Part shown: piece by piece, positions 62,575-64,000 of the stretch
Numbering within the stretch: position 1 is the stretch's first letter
Layout: every line of letters begins with the position of its first letter
Source: Marsupella aquatica
Lineage: Eukaryota; Plantae; Marchantiophyta
Reading direction: 5' to 3'
Assembly: GCA_973895155.1 (NCBI GenBank)
Contig: OZ316891.1
Location: 9,487,875-9,551,874, forward strand
Length of the DNA stretch: 64,000 bases
Notes under the pieces: model-generated
Database searches by the model: none
Seen by the model: only the letters and a program-made list of their open reading frames with translations
Told to the model about the DNA's origin: nothing
Program-made: the position numbers and the translations under genes

Positions 62575-63919
62575 ATGGGTTCTGAAGACAGGCTGTTGCG
62601 CTATGGGATCGTGGGTGTTGGGATGATGGGCCGTGAACACTTGCTCAATTTGGCGGCTCTCGCAGGATCTCGTGTAGTTGCTGCAGCCGATCCCCACCTA
62701 CCTTCTCGGCAAGCTGCTCTTGATTTAGCGGCTTCGGTGACTCCTGCATCTGTGTCTAAGTTGCAGGTTGGTCTTGTCCTTCACCTTGCACAATTTGTTT
62801 GGTATCTTTGTTTTTCTCAATTTTTTGTGTCAATGTTTTTGAAGAGATGTGTTTTTGAAGAGATGTGGTTCCGTTGCCCTCGAATCCAGCTAAGGAGTTA
62901 ATAGATTGCTAGAAATTTTCACGCGAGGGAGACGGTTTTGCTCAAATCAGCCAATTTTTGTTCGGTGTAAGTGTCGTGAGGACCAGTAAGGTCTTCCTCT
63001 GATTGTTTACATCAAATGTATATTTCCTGTTCGGGAAGGCTCACAGCATCGTTCGGGTGAATCCTTTTCAAAGTCCTCAAGCATCGTTCTTCAAAGATTG
63101 GCGATCAACAGTCTAAGTTTACCACTGGTTGTGCAGTGTTTTGATAGCCATTCCGCGTTGTTGGACAGTGGGTTATGTGACATAGTGGTGGTCTCAAGCC
63201 CGAATATGACACACTGTCAGATCCTTTTGGATATTCTCAAGCACCCAAAAGTTCATCACATTCTCGTGGAGAAACCTCTGTGTACCACAATTGCTGATTG
63301 CAACAAGGTAGTCCTCTTTCCAGCCTCACCATTGGCATTGCGTGCATTTATCCAATGAGGTGAAAGCTAAGCATTAAGCCAATCTGCATATTGTCGTGCC
63401 CTGGAAGGCAAACGGGTGTTTGTGGTTTGATGATGAAACTTACGTAGCTATAAACAAGAAAATAGCTTTCCCGACTGGCGAAACTTCTATCATTACTATA
63501 ACCATAAAGATAAAGCTAATCTAAAGCAAAGGGAGTGTGCAGACAAAAACTTACTCTCTGGTCAGATCCGCAAAACTTAGAATCAGAGATAGACCGAAGT
63601 AATAGAAAACATGAATTATACAAAGGACAGGGATGAACGAGCAATTGTATGAGGATTTGGAAAGGGTGTTTTAATGAAGCTAACAAAGCGAAAGGGCAAC
63701 AGTAGGATCACGTATGGATACGTTCTGTTCTGACGCGTCACCTTTAATCTGCAGGTGCTAGAAGCAGCGAAAGCCCGGCCGGAAGTGCTCATGCAAGTTG
63801 GGCTGGAGTACAGATACATGCCTCCGGTAGCCAAACTTCTAAAACATGTCAGAGCTCGGACTTTAGGACAAGTCCGAATGGTTGCCATAAGAGAGCATCG
63901 CTTTCCCTTCCTCGTAAAG
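62575..63919 (+). CDS. Gfo/Idh/MocA-family oxidoreductase (inositol 2-dehydrogenase-like), 3' part beyond the window
   Basis: Exons 62575-62766, 63137-63307 and 63755-63919. Rossmann motif YGIVGVGMMGREH, then DIVVVSSPNMTH, HILVEKPLCT, QVGLEYRYMP and AIREHRFPFLVK. Confidence 0.92.
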
Positions 63920-64000
63920 GTACGTGAGAGCTGGTAGTTGTTTGGAAATGTCGACTCCACTATGTCTAGCCAACGATCTAAATTTTATTTCATGTAGTGA

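Overview
This is eukaryotic land-plant genomic DNA, most likely a bryophyte such as a liverwort. That assignment is inferred from spliceosomal introns, a CCCTAAA telomere tract and the gene content. Six apparently intact protein genes are present. On the minus strand: a multi-exon Y-family polymerase with a Pol iota-type catalytic core and a Pol eta-like UBZ/NLS/PIP tail (8.7-13.3 kb), an AWPM-19-like membrane protein (14.2-14.6 kb), an EMB1579/RSA1 (CCAR1/DBC1-like) gene (29.7-40.9 kb) and an RDH12/Tic32-like SDR (49.7-53.3 kb). On the plus strand: a nuclear ribosomal S16 with a long transit peptide (46.7-47.9 kb) and a Gfo/Idh/MocA oxidoreductase running off the window end. The 15.5-29 kb accessory region holds MITEs, tandem arrays, a MITE-disrupted Crinkler-like (NTPase + nuclease) pseudogene and an NLR remnant directly behind it. 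The window also has a decayed LINE (about 1-1.7 kb) and a young, non-coding Copia (Bianca-like) LTR element (54722-58910). A recurring pattern is unrelated tandem arrays abutting CpG-rich promoter regions. No prokaryotic-type system (CRISPR etc.) is supported. Exon boundaries were read by eye and family calls rest on recalled motifs, not database searches.
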